From assembly GCA_945873015.1 (NCBI GenBank), contig CAMCBY010000003.1, positions 1 through 33,877 on the forward strand: 33,877 nucleotides of DNA, written 5' to 3'. The position numbers and the translations under genes were made by a program. Below, piece after piece: positions 17,693 through 28,681 of this stretch. The stretch is from Klebsiella pneumoniae. GTDB lineage: Bacteria > Pseudomonadota > Gammaproteobacteria > Ga0077536. Each line of letters starts with the position of its first letter. Position 1 is the stretch's first letter. The notes under the pieces were generated by a model, which was not told the origin of the DNA, searched no databases, and was given only the letters and a program-made list of their open reading frames with translations.

Positions 17693-18124
17693 ATGACTAC
17701 ATCGAGCGACGACATCACTCTGGTCCGCGACGCTATTCATAACCCCGCCGAGCCGCGTCATTTCATGCGCCTCGCGCGTCCGTCCTATGTCATCACGGCC
17801 AGCCTCGACGGAGTTGAAATCGCGCGCAGCACACGCGCAATCAAACTCAAAGAGGTGGGTCGTGATATCTATGACCCGGCCATTTATTTTCCGCGTGACG
17901 ATGTCGATATGGACAAGCTCACGTCTATCGACAAGTCGACTCACTGTCCGCTCAAGGGCGACGCGGAATATTTCGACGGCGACCTCGCCGGCCGACACCA
18001 CGCTGAGGTCGCGTGGTCCTACAACCGCACCCTCAGCATTGCGGCGGCCATAACGGGCTACATCGCTTTTTATCCGCAACGCGTGCACGTCGTCGAACAC
18101 AGCGCGTCAGCAGTGCCTGCCTGA
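17693..18124 (+). CDS. DUF427 domain-containing protein
   Basis: IARSTRAIKLKE...PAIYFPRDDVDM..L......THCPLKGDAEYF...AWSY......AAITGYIAFY is the DUF427 pattern. Confidence 0.8.
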   Translation: MTTSSDDITLVRDAIHNPAEPRHFMRLARPSYVITASLDGVEIARSTRAIKLKEVGRDIYDPAIYFPRDDVDMDKLTSIDKSTHCPLKGDAEYFDGDLAGRHHAEVAWSYNRTLSIAAAITGYIAFYPQRVHVVEHSASAVPA

Positions 18125-18141
18125 CACCTGGCACAGCACCA

Positions 18142-19500
18142 TCAAGACCCGTCGCTCGTTTTAAAAGCACGGGTCAGGATGACGAAACGTCCAATCAGCA
18201 GAAATGCAGCTATCCACAAAGCCGTGACCAGCCCCGTCCAGATGCCGGCTGCACCGGTGTCGGTGTGGTTACTCAACCAGTAAGCCAGCGTAAAGCCGAT
18301 CCCCCAGTAGTTGAGTCCGTTCAACAGCAGTGGCCAGCGCGTATCTTTCATGCCGCGCAAGGCAAACGCGCCCGCTGCCTGCAGGCCGTCGGCTATCTGC
18401 AGGCCGGCTCCAAGCTTGAACAGCACCAGCGCGATCGCCACCACTTGAGGATCCGCTGTATAGATGGCGATGATGTACGGCGCGCACAGCAACGTAGTGA
18501 GCGCAGCCGTCACGGTGTACAAGCCGCACAATACAAAGCCGGTGTAGCCAATGCGTCGCACTGCCTTAAGGTCGCGTCGACCCACCGCCTGACCGACGCG
18601 CACCGTCAAGGCCATCGCGAATCCGAGTGGCACCATGAATACGATGCCGCAATAGTTGAGCGTGATCTGGTGCGCTGCGACCGCCGCGCTGCCGAGCCTG
18701 CCCATCAGCATTGCGACAGCGGTAAACAATCCGGATTGCAGAAACAGCGACAAACCGATGGGCAGACCCAAAGCCACCAGACGTGTAAGCGCGACACCAT
18801 CCGGGCGTTCAATTGCATGCCACAGATGGAAACGACGATAGTGGGGGGAATAGACCGTGTGCACGGCGAGCAGCGCCAACATAACCCAGAAACTCAAGGC
18901 GCTGCCCAAACCACAGCCTGGCGCACCCAGAGCCGGCATGCCGAAGCGACCAAACAGAAACGTGTAGTTCAGCAACACGTTGACCGGCAATACCAGCGTC
19001 ACCACAGTCATGATGGGCACAGTGCGGCCGACACCTTCATTCATTTGCTTCAAGGTGTGGTAACCATAAGCACCGGGCACGCCCCACGACAGGTAGTCCA
19101 GATAACCTTGCGCCAGCAGCGCCACCGGCGGTTCAATGCCCACCGCGACAAACAGCGGCGTCATGTTGCGCATCGAGATCATCACCGGCAAAGAGATAAA
19201 CAACGCCAGCCACAGCCCCTGGCGCGTATCGTGACCTATCGCCTCGTCGCGCCCAGCGCCGAAGTGCTGCGCAACCGTCGGCCCCAAGGCCATGAGGGTG
19301 CCGAGTCCGAGCAGGAACAGCGCAATCCACACGCCATTTCCGATGGCGACGCCGGCAAGTGACAGAGAACCCAGGCGCGCGGCCATCAGGGTGTCAGCCA
19401 CACCGACACCGATGCTGGAGAGATTATTGACGATGAGTGGCGCGCCGATGGCCACCAGCGAGCGCAGATCCAGCGCGAGTTGACGCCAGGCGAAGCTCAG
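18142..19500 (-). CDS. MATE family efflux transporter (NorM-like)
   Basis: About 12 TM segments; DTLMAARLG..SLAGVAIG, LGAPGCGLGS, VAAHQITLN, RVGQAVG, ALRGMKDT. Start uncertain: CTG 19500 is proposed, and ATG 19608/19641 overlap the upstream gene. Confidence 0.88.
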   Translation of the reverse strand: MSFAWRQLALDLRSLVAIGAPLIVNNLSSIGVGVADTLMAARLGSLSLAGVAIGNGVWIALFLLGLGTLMALGPTVAQHFGAGRDEAIGHDTRQGLWLALFISLPVMISMRNMTPLFVAVGIEPPVALLAQGYLDYLSWGVPGAYGYHTLKQMNEGVGRTVPIMTVVTLVLPVNVLLNYTFLFGRFGMPALGAPGCGLGSALSFWVMLALLAVHTVYSPHYRRFHLWHAIERPDGVALTRLVALGLPIGLSLFLQSGLFTAVAMLMGRLGSAAVAAHQITLNYCGIVFMVPLGFAMALTVRVGQAVGRRDLKAVRRIGYTGFVLCGLYTVTAALTTLLCAPYIIAIYTADPQVVAIALVLFKLGAGLQIADGLQAAGAFALRGMKDTRWPLLLNGLNYWGIGFTLAYWLSNHTDTGAAGIWTGLVTALWIAAFLLIGRFVILTRAFKTSDGS

Positions 19501-19531
19501 GGCCGGGCCCGCCTGCGAAGTGGTTGAGAGT

Positions 19532-21160
19532 TCAGGCCGCGTGCCCGATGCTCGGCACTGCCGCCAGCAATTGTCGTGTGTAGTCGTGTTGTGGCCGATG
19601 CAATACATCGTCCACCGGCCCCTGTTCAACGATGCGCCCACTCTGCATCACCGCAACATGGTGAGCGATATAAGCCACTACGCCGATGTTGTGCGTGACG
19701 AACAGATAACTCAAACCAAGTCGCTGTTGCAGGTCGCGCAGCAACGCCAGGATCTGCGCCTGCACCGACACATCGAGCGCCGAGGTTGGTTCGTCACACA
19801 CGATCAGGCGCGGCTCGACCGCCAGTGCACGGGCGATACAGATGCGCTGTCGTTGCCCGCCGGAGAATTCGTGGGGATAACGCCGCGCATGGGCGGCCTC
19901 CAGACCGACCTGCGACAACAACTGCGCAACGCGGCGATCACGTTCCGCAGCGGTCCCGCCAATCTGCTGCGCAAGCATGCCTTCCTTGATGATGTCGCCG
20001 ACAATCATGCGCGGATTCATTGAAGCTACCGGATCCTGGAACACAATCTGCAAGTGCGCGCGCTGACGCCGCATCGCGGCCGCATCGAGAGAAGCCAGAT
20101 CGATACCGCCGAATTCAACCGACCCGCCCGCCAGGGGCGTCAGGCGCAGGATACCTTTGCCCATCGTGGTCTTGCCGCAACCGGACTCACCCACCACCGC
20201 CAGGGTACGGCCTTGCTCGATGGCAAAACTTACACCATCAACGGCCCGCATCGCCCCGACTTTGCGTTTGAACAAACCCCGCCGGATGGGAAACTCAACC
20301 GCCAGATTGCGCACCGTCAACAAGGGCTGCGACGCTTCAGGAGTAGGCGCATTCCCCTCACGCAGACGCTTTTCCCAACTCGGCAACGCGTCGAACAACT
20401 GCTTTGAATAGGCGTGTTGCGGATTGCTGTAAAAACCATCGCGACTGCCGCTTTCAACGAGCTTGCCATGTCGCATCACCAACACCCGGTCGGCTATCTG
20501 ATAGGCAACCGCCAAATCGTGCGTGATGAACAAGATGCCCATACCGCGGCGCTTCTGCTCGGCCTTGATCAGTTCCAGCACCTGGGCCTGAATGGTGACA
20601 TCCAGCGCCGTGGTCGGCTCATCGGCAATCAAAAGGCGCGGATCGGCGGCGAGCGCAATCGCTATCATGACGCGCTGCTTCATGCCGCCGGAGAACTGAT
20701 GAGGGAACTGCTCGAGGCGCGACGCGGCGGCGTCGATACCTACTGCCACCAGCAATTCAATGATGCGTGTTTTAAGCGCAGCACCGCGCAGGCCCTGATG
20801 ACGCACCAGGGTCTCACCGATCTGCGCGCCAATGCTCATGACTGGATTGAGCGACGACTGCGGCTCCTGAAAAACCATGCCTATCGCCGCGCCCCGCACA
20901 TCGCGCATGCGGTATTCCGGCAGCGTGAACAGGTCTTCGCCCTCGAGTCGCACCGCGCCACTCGTAATACGTGCGGTCGCCGGCAAGAGTCGCGTGATTG
21001 CGAGCGCGGCCATCGATTTGCCACTACCCGATTCGCCGACCAGCACAACGGTCTCGCCCGCCTCCAACGAAAAGCTCAGGCCATCAACGGCGCGCACCGG
21101 CGCCGCCTCAGTGCCGAACTGTACTGCGAGATCATCGACTTCCAGCAAGGGCGTCGCCAT
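19532..21160 (-). CDS. Peptide/nickel ABC transporter ATP-binding protein (two fused NBDs)
   Basis: GESGSGKS and GESGCGKT Walker A motifs, [12 protein letters not shown] and [16 protein letters not shown] twice. Start at MATPLLEV. Confidence 0.93.
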   Translation of the reverse strand: MATPLLEVDDLAVQFGTEAAPVRAVDGLSFSLEAGETVVLVGESGSGKSMAALAITRLLPATARITSGAVRLEGEDLFTLPEYRMRDVRGAAIGMVFQEPQSSLNPVMSIGAQIGETLVRHQGLRGAALKTRIIELLVAVGIDAAASRLEQFPHQFSGGMKQRVMIAIALAADPRLLIADEPTTALDVTIQAQVLELIKAEQKRRGMGILFITHDLAVAYQIADRVLVMRHGKLVESGSRDGFYSNPQHAYSKQLFDALPSWEKRLREGNAPTPEASQPLLTVRNLAVEFPIRRGLFKRKVGAMRAVDGVSFAIEQGRTLAVVGESGCGKTTMGKGILRLTPLAGGSVEFGGIDLASLDAAAMRRQRAHLQIVFQDPVASMNPRMIVGDIIKEGMLAQQIGGTAAERDRRVAQLLSQVGLEAAHARRYPHEFSGGQRQRICIARALAVEPRLIVCDEPTSALDVSVQAQILALLRDLQQRLGLSYLFVTHNIGVVAYIAHHVAVMQSGRIVEQGPVDDVLHRPQHDYTRQLLAAVPSIGHAA

Positions 21161-21221
21161 GTTCAGCAAGACTCCGCAAAAGGACCACGACCGGGTGCCC
21201 TCATGAGTGGGTAGGGCGCCT

Positions 21222-22637
21222 TCATTCCATATCACGCAGTCGCGGGTCGAAAGCGTCGCGCACCGCATCGGCAAAGATATTCGCCGCCAGCACCAGCGCG
21301 AACATCAATACGAATGCGGCACCCAACGACCACCACACCACCGGATCACGGGCCAGTTCCAGGCGCGCACCGTTGATCATATTGCCCCACGATTCCATGC
21401 TCGGGTCGACCCCGATATCGATATAGGTCAACACCGCCTCGGCCAGCACCAGTCCGCTGAAATCGAGCACGATGGAGATCATCACGATATGCATGATATT
21501 AGGCAGGATATGCCGCGCCAGAATCTTTCGATCCGAGACGCCGAAGGCGCGCGCCGCCTCGATGAAATCAGCGCTGCGCAGCTTCAAGGCTTCTGCACGC
21601 AGATAACGGCACAGACCGGTCCAGGCGGTCACGCCGAGGATGAGGCATAGCGCCAGCAGGCGTAAGTCGGCCCGAGCAGCGAGACTTGCGTAAGAATCGC
21701 CGTGTCGAGACATGTAAATTTCAAGCATGAGCGCCGAGGCGGCCACCAGCAATACGCCCGGAATAGACGACAAAGTGGTGTAGAGATACTGGATGGCATC
21801 GTCCACCCAGCCACCGAAATAGCCGGCCACCAAACCCAACACGAGCGCAAAAGGCAGCATCACCAAGGTTGTCAGGGTGCCAATCAGCAGACCCGTGCGG
21901 ATGCTCTTGAGGGCCTGATAGAGCACGTCATTGCCCACTTGGTCGGTGCCAAAAACGTGATAGTAGGGTGCAAGTTCGATGGCGCAGCCAAGCAGCAAGG
22001 CGAGGGCCAGCACCGCGCCCAGGATTGCACGCCACGGCGCCTGAGCTTCACCACGCACCATGCGCACGGCGGTGGCGTTCCACGCCCGGCCTGCAGCGCG
22101 AGCGCAGAGGCTCACCACCAGAGCTGCGACCACCATTGCCATGCCGATGCCCAACAGGATGCCGCCAATCAGGCGCGCCGCAATATCGGGACCGCGTTCA
22201 CTGGCGGGATCGCGCAAATGGGCGCCACCGTGTTCGAGCCGAGGGTAGGCGCGCGAATTTGAGCCATCGGCCAGCTCCACAATTTCTTTGGCGTAAGCTT
22301 CGGCTGCGAACGGCGCCGAATAGGTCCGCTCGACGCTGTCACGCAGTGGCGCGACCAACACATCAAACACGCTATTGAGATCGCGACTGTAAACCGCCCT
22401 GCTCTCACCCACTGCGCCTGGTGCGGCACGAAAATGCAAGGAATCAAGAAACGCGATGAGAACGTAGACCGCTAGCACCACCGCTGCCGCCATACCGAGA
22501 GGCTGGCGTGCCACCTGCCGCCACGGTGCACGCAGATGTTCGTGGCGGGCTGCCGTCCACGCGTAACACGCCGCGGCGCTCAGCAGTACAAAAAACAGCA
22601 CGTCAGTCTTGAGCAAGACGGGTTCAAACATGCTCAT
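21222..22637 (-). CDS. Peptide ABC transporter permease (OppC/DppC-like, extended)
   Basis: HVFGTDQVGNDV, EAA loop FIEAARAFGVS..ILARHILPN, SWGNMI. Confidence 0.9.
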   Translation of the reverse strand: MSMFEPVLLKTDVLFFVLLSAAACYAWTAARHEHLRAPWRQVARQPLGMAAAVVLAVYVLIAFLDSLHFRAAPGAVGESRAVYSRDLNSVFDVLVAPLRDSVERTYSAPFAAEAYAKEIVELADGSNSRAYPRLEHGGAHLRDPASERGPDIAARLIGGILLGIGMAMVVAALVVSLCARAAGRAWNATAVRMVRGEAQAPWRAILGAVLALALLLGCAIELAPYYHVFGTDQVGNDVLYQALKSIRTGLLIGTLTTLVMLPFALVLGLVAGYFGGWVDDAIQYLYTTLSSIPGVLLVAASALMLEIYMSRHGDSYASLAARADLRLLALCLILGVTAWTGLCRYLRAEALKLRSADFIEAARAFGVSDRKILARHILPNIMHIVMISIVLDFSGLVLAEAVLTYIDIGVDPSMESWGNMINGARLELARDPVVWWSLGAAFVLMFALVLAANIFADAVRDAFDPRLRDME

Positions 22638-23611
22638 TCCAGGCGTACACGCGGGTCGGCCAGAGTGTAGGAAATGTCGGTCAAGATCAGACCGACGATG
22701 TACAGCAGCGAACCCAGAAACACCATCGCCCGCACGATCGCGAAGTCCTGGCTCTGGATAGCTTCGATGGTGTAGCTGCCAAGACCTGGAATACCAAAAA
22801 ATGCTTCGATGATGAGATTGCCGATGAACAATGTCGGCAGGATGACCACCACGCCGGTCAAGATCGGAATGAGTGCATTGCGCAACACATGTTTGAACAG
22901 CACCGCCCGCTCGGACAGACCCTTGGCGCGCGCTGTGCGCACATAGTCGCGATTGATCTCTTCCAGAAACAGAGTGCGATACCAGCGCGTGCCATAACCT
23001 AAGCCTGCGATGACACTGACAAGTACCGGCAGGAGAATGAACTTGAGCGCCGCGCTACCGCCGTCAAAGCCCGAGATCGGCACCAGACGCAGTACTTTTC
23101 CGAAAAGGAACTGCCCGCCGATGATGTAGAACAGACTCGAGACCGACATCATGGCCACACACAACACCACCGCCCAGGTATCGAAATAGGTGCCGCGCAA
23201 CATCGCGATGCACAGCGCAAAACTAATCGTGAGCAGCAGCTCAAGGACAAAAACGGGCAGGGTCACCACCAGACTCGGCACCATCCGCTGCGAGATGTCA
23301 TAGGCGATGTCGCGCCCGCTATCGGATTGACCGAACTTGAACAGGAACAGCTTGACGGTGTTGCGATAGAAAATCGTATCGGTCGCCTGCGCCATACCGG
23401 CTGCATCGCCATTCCACAACAAAGGTTTGTCGTAACCTCGTTCGGCTTTCCAGTCGTGTACGGCCTGGGCGGTGACATGTTTACTGCCAAGGTGCAGGCG
23501 CGCCATGTCGTCCGGCGAATTGACCACAAAAAACAGCACGAACGTAATGACATTGACACCCAGCAGAATCGGCAGGGCATAGAGCACGCGGCGCGTGATG
23601 TAGGCTAGCAT
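22634..23611 (-). CDS. Peptide ABC transporter permease (OppB/DppB-like)
   Basis: MLAYITRRVLY start, DYVRTARAKGLSE..VLFKHVLRNALIP, ADPRVRL end. Confidence 0.92.
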   Translation of the reverse strand: MLAYITRRVLYALPILLGVNVITFVLFFVVNSPDDMARLHLGSKHVTAQAVHDWKAERGYDKPLLWNGDAAGMAQATDTIFYRNTVKLFLFKFGQSDSGRDIAYDISQRMVPSLVVTLPVFVLELLLTISFALCIAMLRGTYFDTWAVVLCVAMMSVSSLFYIIGGQFLFGKVLRLVPISGFDGGSAALKFILLPVLVSVIAGLGYGTRWYRTLFLEEINRDYVRTARAKGLSERAVLFKHVLRNALIPILTGVVVILPTLFIGNLIIEAFFGIPGLGSYTIEAIQSQDFAIVRAMVFLGSLLYIVGLILTDISYTLADPRVRLE

Positions 23612-25773
23612 CGCACCTGCGCCCGCTGCCGCGCGCGATAACTCCGCCAGGCCGGAATCGCGCCGAGCAACATCAGCACCAATACGGTCAGCACTGGCCA
23701 TAACACGGGTGTATTCCACTCGCGCCGCAGCCGTTCGCGCAGGCTCGTATCAACGGTCTTGTATTTGAGCGAATTGCGCGCCATCAAGTTTGGCTTTGAA
23801 TTGCCGTACCAGGCGTGATTGAGCGCATAGGCCATCGGGTGGAAGCCCCACAGCCAGGGCGAGTCACGCCGCACGAGTTCCACCATGCGGTCGATCAGCA
23901 TCTGCCTTTCGGAGCCATTCGGCAGTGCCCGCATACGCACGTACAACTGATCGAATTCCTCATTGTGATAGTTCGAAGCGTTCTCGCCGCCGAACTTGCT
24001 CTTGCCATTCGGTCCGTACAGCAGGAACAGAAAATTCTCCGGATCGGGATAGTCCGCGTTCCACCCCCAACTGAAGATCTGAGCGGTGCCTTCGCGCACC
24101 TTCTCCTGGAAGCGGTTGTAATCAGTGACGCGGATCACGAGTTGAATGCCGAGCTTCTCGAACTGTTTGCGATACCAGTTGAGCTGCGCCTTGCCACTCG
24201 GCCCTCCGCTGATCGCTTCATAATAGAGCGTCAATGGCTGGCCGGTGGCTGGGTCACGACCATCGGCATAACCGGCCTCGCGCAACAGCGCGCGGGCGTC
24301 ATCCAGAGTACGGCGCGCGGCATGTCCTGCACGCCATTCATAGACATAGGGATTGATGCCCTTCTGCCCCGCACGGTAGCCGAAGATCTCAGGCGGGATT
24401 GGGCCGTGCGCGGGCACACCGCGACCATTGGCAAAAATCGAAATCATCTCTTCGAAATCGACTGCGATGGAGATTGCGCGGCGCAGTAGTCGCGCCCGCT
24501 CGGAATCGCCGCCGACCACCGCATCGGCCATATTAAATCCCATATAGGACGTCGCCTGCTCAACGGCGGTCACCAGTTTGACGCCCTTCTCGAGCATGCT
24601 GGGCGTCAGCTCAGCCTCACCTTTCATGCCAAACTGAATCGCCTGGTCGAAGCTGTCGGGCAGTACCGCAGCAACGTCATAGTAGCCCTGCAGAAACTTG
24701 CTCCATTGCGGGATCTCTTCCTTCTCGAGGCTGTAATAAGCCACGTCAATGAATGGCATGGTTTTGCCGGCCATGCGCAACATGCCCGCCACCGCGTCGC
24801 CTGCGGTACCACTCTCAGGGTAAGGCTCGCCACGAAAGTTGGGGTTGCGTTCGAGCACCATACGGCGATTGGGGTTGTTCTCGGTCAGCATGTAGGGGCC
24901 GGTGCCGACCGGATACCAATCAAGCGTGAAGTTGCGTTCTTTCATGCCTGGCTGGGCATAGAAGCTGTCAGCCTCCCACGGCACGGGCGCAAAAAACGAC
25001 ATCGCCAGCCAGTAGCGGAACTGCGGATATTTTTCCGTAATACGAATTTCGAAGGTGTAGCGGTCGATGACCTGTGCGCCTTCGAAATCGTACTTACGCA
25101 GATCGACAAAGCCGTGGTTGCCAGCCTCGGACTTACGCAACTGCTCACCCAGCGCTGACAGCCCCTCGATGTACTTGCCCATCAGACCCGCCACGGGCGA
25201 ATGCAGATGTGGATGCACGAGGCGTTTGATCTCGTAGACGTAATCTTCGGCGGTCAATTCACGCGTGCCGCTGTGGCCGAAATCCGCGAGTGTGCCGTAT
25301 TCGGCAACCTCGGCCCGCGTCAGCGAGTGATAGTAGTAGCTGCCATCGGCGCGTTGTGCGAAGGCGGGATGAGGCTGATAACGAATACCGCGCTTGAGCG
25401 TCACGCGGTACACAGCCTTCGCAACGCTGTCCGCCGGCGCGTCGGCAGGAAGCGCGTCGCCGGCGGCGTCGTAGTAACGCGGCTCGGGCAACGCCGTCGC
25501 GGTCAGTGGAATGAGTTGATAGGGCCGCTTGAGAAAATGATATTGCACGACCGGCTCATAAATCTGACCGGTGAACTGCGCCTCGTTTTCACTGTAAGAC
25601 GAGACCGGGTCGAGATGTTTAGGGCGTTCGGCAAAAGCCCCGTAGAAAATCGCGCGGCCGGCATCAGCGCTGCGATAGGGATCGTTCCACGGCTGCTCGC
25701 CACAGCCTGCGAGACCAGCAACCAGCATGAGCAGACAAAGCATGTGCAGCGCGGCCGGTGGCAGGAATCGCAT
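23605..25773 (-). CDS. Family 5 extracellular solute-binding protein (lipoprotein) of the peptide ABC transporter
   Basis: Lipobox LAGC, PKHLDP, PVGTGPY, WNADYPDPENFL, plus a C-terminal hydrophobic segment. Start could be 25830. Confidence 0.88.
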   Translation of the reverse strand: MRFLPPAALHMLCLLMLVAGLAGCGEQPWNDPYRSADAGRAIFYGAFAERPKHLDPVSSYSENEAQFTGQIYEPVVQYHFLKRPYQLIPLTATALPEPRYYDAAGDALPADAPADSVAKAVYRVTLKRGIRYQPHPAFAQRADGSYYYHSLTRAEVAEYGTLADFGHSGTRELTAEDYVYEIKRLVHPHLHSPVAGLMGKYIEGLSALGEQLRKSEAGNHGFVDLRKYDFEGAQVIDRYTFEIRITEKYPQFRYWLAMSFFAPVPWEADSFYAQPGMKERNFTLDWYPVGTGPYMLTENNPNRRMVLERNPNFRGEPYPESGTAGDAVAGMLRMAGKTMPFIDVAYYSLEKEEIPQWSKFLQGYYDVAAVLPDSFDQAIQFGMKGEAELTPSMLEKGVKLVTAVEQATSYMGFNMADAVVGGDSERARLLRRAISIAVDFEEMISIFANGRGVPAHGPIPPEIFGYRAGQKGINPYVYEWRAGHAARRTLDDARALLREAGYADGRDPATGQPLTLYYEAISGGPSGKAQLNWYRKQFEKLGIQLVIRVTDYNRFQEKVREGTAQIFSWGWNADYPDPENFLFLLYGPNGKSKFGGENASNYHNEEFDQLYVRMRALPNGSERQMLIDRMVELVRRDSPWLWGFHPMAYALNHAWYGNSKPNLMARNSLKYKTVDTSLRERLRREWNTPVLWPVLTVLVLMLLGAIPAWRSYRARQRAQVRC

Positions 25774-25883
25774 GTTGACGTGATCTCGAAGGCGCTGCGG
25801 GATTATAAACTCGGTCCGGGCACTGTACACTTTGCTGGCCCCGCGCGGGGCACAAGATCATCAGCCAGCAAGGTAGTCAGACC

Positions 25884-26666
25884 ATGGGAATTCTGCAAGG
25901 TAAACGCGCCCTTATTGTCGGTGTGGCCAGCAATAAATCGATTGCCTGGGGCGTCGCCAAGGCCATGCATCGGGAAGGCGCCGAACTGGCCTTCACCTAC
26001 CAGAACGATCGCCTCAAGTCGCGCGTCGAGGACTTCGCGGCCGAACTCGGCTCCGAGATCACCTTGCCTTGCGAAGTGCAGAGCGACGAAGAAATTCAGG
26101 CGGTCTTCAATCACCTTGATGATTACTGGGATCATCTCGATATCCTTATCCATTCCGTTGCCTTCGCCCCGCGTGAAGAACTACAGGGCGGTTACCTCGA
26201 CAGTGTGACTCGCGAAGGATTTCGCGTTGCTCACGAAGTCAGCTCCTACAGCTTTGCCGCCCTCGGCAATGCAGCGCGGCCGTTGATGAAAGGCCGTAAC
26301 GGCGCGATGTTGACCTTGAGTTATCTGGGCGCGGTACGCACCATGCCGAGCTATAACGTCATGGGGCTGGCCAAGGCCAGTCTCGAAGCGAACGTGCGTT
26401 ATATGGCCGAAAGCCTGGGACCGGAAGGAATTCGAGTGAATGCGGTGTCAGCGGGGCCGATACGTACGCTCGCAGCGTCGGGCATCAAGGACATGCGCAA
26501 ATTTCTGACCTACGTCGAGAACACCGCGCCCCTGCGGCGTAATGTCACTATCGACGAAGTCGGCAATGCGGCGGCGTTTCTCTGCTCGGATCTCGCCTCG
26601 GCTATCACGGGCGAAATCACCTACGTCGATTGCGGCTACAACATCATGGGCATGGGCGGCATGTAA
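25884..26666 (+). CDS. fabI: Enoyl-ACP reductase FabI
   Basis: [44 protein letters not shown]. Confidence 0.97.
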   Translation: MGILQGKRALIVGVASNKSIAWGVAKAMHREGAELAFTYQNDRLKSRVEDFAAELGSEITLPCEVQSDEEIQAVFNHLDDYWDHLDILIHSVAFAPREELQGGYLDSVTREGFRVAHEVSSYSFAALGNAARPLMKGRNGAMLTLSYLGAVRTMPSYNVMGLAKASLEANVRYMAESLGPEGIRVNAVSAGPIRTLAASGIKDMRKFLTYVENTAPLRRNVTIDEVGNAAAFLCSDLASAITGEITYVDCGYNIMGMGGM

Positions 26667-26680
26667 AGCCGCCCACCGCC

Positions 26681-28585
26681 TCACAGGTTCTTCGCGATTA
26701 CCTTCACGTCGCTGGTGGCTCGCACCGCCGCGACGAACTCATTCCAGGCCGCGCCCATGCGGCCTTGCACCAACTCACCCTGTATGGTCGCGACATCACC
26801 GCGGGCTATCTCGCTTTCGCCAGGTATCACGACATTGGCAACACGGATGACTGCGTAATCGGTTGTACCGATAGGAATCCCGGTGTACTGGGGCTCATTA
26901 CCCGATACCTCGGCGCTGAAGGCTGCGCGCAGGACGGCGCGATTGATATCGCCGGATTCGCGCGTTGCGCCCTCCTCCTGTTCCCAACCAAAGCCGCGGC
27001 CCTTGACCAGCTCGGTCACGGTCTCGCCTTTGCGCAGTCGCTCGATGAATTCCTTGCCCAGCGCCTCGGTCAGTTCGCGCCGCTGTTCGTTGCGCACCGC
27101 CTCTTCAACCTGGGTCTTGACCACGGCAAGTTCAGGAATCGCCGACGGCATATGTTCAATAACACGCACGGCAATCACCCGACTGTCCGGCAGTTCTATC
27201 GGCTCGCTGTTCATGCCTTCGCTCAGCACTTCAGCGGTAAAGATCGCACCGGCAGCCTTTTCAGAAAATTTCATGGCGAGCTCTTCTTTGCCCAGCACTG
27301 CAGTTTTCTGAGTTGTGAGACCGAGCGTTTCGGCCGCGACACTAAGGCTGTCCGAATGCTCGTAGACGAGGTTTGAGAACTGCTCTGCCTGCTCATAGAA
27401 CGCTTTTTGCGCTTCAGCATTTCGATATGCGACTTCGACTTCAGCCTTGACCTTGTCAAAGGGTTGCAGGCCGCCAGCCTTGATCTCTTTGAGCTTGACG
27501 ATGTGCCAGCCAAATTTCGTGCGCACCGGCTCACTGATGTCGCCGACTTTGAGCTGGAAAGCAGCCTCTTCGAATTCGGGCGCCATCGCGCCGCGCGCAA
27601 AAAAGCCGGTTGCCCCCCCTTCGGCCTTGGAGCCGACGTCGTCGGACAGTTCTTTGGCCAGCTTCTCGAAGTCTTCGCCTTCTCGCGCACGTCGCAAAGC
27701 ATCCTTGATCTTTGCTTCCGCTGCGCTCGACGCTGCTGGATCGGCGTCCTGCGCCAACTGCACCAGAATGTGGTTGGCGCTGCGTTCCTCGGTCAGAGTA
27801 AATGCGGCCGGATTGGCATCGTAGTACTGGTGCAACTTCTCGTCGTTGATGGTGACTTTGCCGGCCAACGCAGCTGCCGAAATTTCAAGATACTCGACGC
27901 TGGCTTTCTCGGCCGTGCGGTAATCTTCTTTGTGTTGTTCGTAATAGGCGCTGGACTGCGCATCACTGACAGTGACCTGCTTTTCGACTTCAGCAGCAGG
28001 AATCACCGCATAGCCGATGTCTCGCTTCTGCTTGCGCAGCGCCGCAATCTTCTGCGCCTCTTCACGCGTGACGAACTCAGATGCGGCAACGCCGTTACGA
28101 AGCTGCGATTTAGCCATGTCGGCGCGCAGTTGCTGCTCGAAACCCTGTTGCGAAAAGCCCAGCGCACTGACCCGTTGCTCATAAAGCGGTCGGGAGAAGC
28201 CCTTTTCGTCCTGGAAGGCGGGAATCTGCAGCAATTGCTGCGCAAGCTGCTGATTGGTGACACGCACGCGCGCGTCGTCAACCAGGCGCGACAGCACGCG
28301 GTCATTGATGAGCTCATCAAGCGCTTTGGTTTTGACTTCCGGTTTGTCCCAATCGGCGGGGTTGAAGCCCTCTCCGAGCATGGACTCGGCCTGGCGACGG
28401 AAGCGCTGCAACGCTTTCTGGAATTCTTCTATCGGTATTTCGTCGCCGTCGACTTTAGCGACGATGACGCGCTTGGCGGCGTTGATATAACTTTCAACGC
28501 CCCACAGGATAAAGGTCAGTGAAATCAGACCGACGATGACAGCGACGATGACGCCCTGGGTTCGATCACGAATCGTTTGCAGCAT
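26681..28585 (-). CDS. ppiD: Periplasmic chaperone / parvulin PPIase PpiD
   Basis: N-terminal TM (MLQTIRD...FILWGVESY), SurA-like region, rotamase domain (NHILV, FEKLAKELSDD.GS...GG..G, SEPVRTKFGWHIVKL); lies downstream of hupB. Confidence 0.92.
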   Translation of the reverse strand: MLQTIRDRTQGVIVAVIVGLISLTFILWGVESYINAAKRVIVAKVDGDEIPIEEFQKALQRFRRQAESMLGEGFNPADWDKPEVKTKALDELINDRVLSRLVDDARVRVTNQQLAQQLLQIPAFQDEKGFSRPLYEQRVSALGFSQQGFEQQLRADMAKSQLRNGVAASEFVTREEAQKIAALRKQKRDIGYAVIPAAEVEKQVTVSDAQSSAYYEQHKEDYRTAEKASVEYLEISAAALAGKVTINDEKLHQYYDANPAAFTLTEERSANHILVQLAQDADPAASSAAEAKIKDALRRAREGEDFEKLAKELSDDVGSKAEGGATGFFARGAMAPEFEEAAFQLKVGDISEPVRTKFGWHIVKLKEIKAGGLQPFDKVKAEVEVAYRNAEAQKAFYEQAEQFSNLVYEHSDSLSVAAETLGLTTQKTAVLGKEELAMKFSEKAAGAIFTAEVLSEGMNSEPIELPDSRVIAVRVIEHMPSAIPELAVVKTQVEEAVRNEQRRELTEALGKEFIERLRKGETVTELVKGRGFGWEQEEGATRESGDINRAVLRAAFSAEVSGNEPQYTGIPIGTTDYAVIRVANVVIPGESEIARGDVATIQGELVQGRMGAAWNEFVAAVRATSDVKVIAKNL

Positions 28586-28629
28586 GCAGGGACCCTCTGC
28601 TCAGGAACGAAGAGGAAACTCGGGGCTTG

Positions 28630-28663
28630 AAAAAAAGCGGGCGCACCATCTGGTGCGCCCGGC
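28630..28663 (-). terminator. Rho-independent terminator after the tRNA pair
   Basis: Minus strand CGGGCGCACCA-GA-TGGTGCGCCCG, then C and TTTTTTT. Confidence 0.8.
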
Positions 28664-28681
28664 TTTGTATTCCATCGAATT

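Noticed and set aside
18013-19362. Long antisense ORFs (449 aa here; also 6656-7660, 27407-28522, 29740-31137)
   Set aside because: Shadows of well-supported genes on the opposite strand, expected in high-GC DNA.
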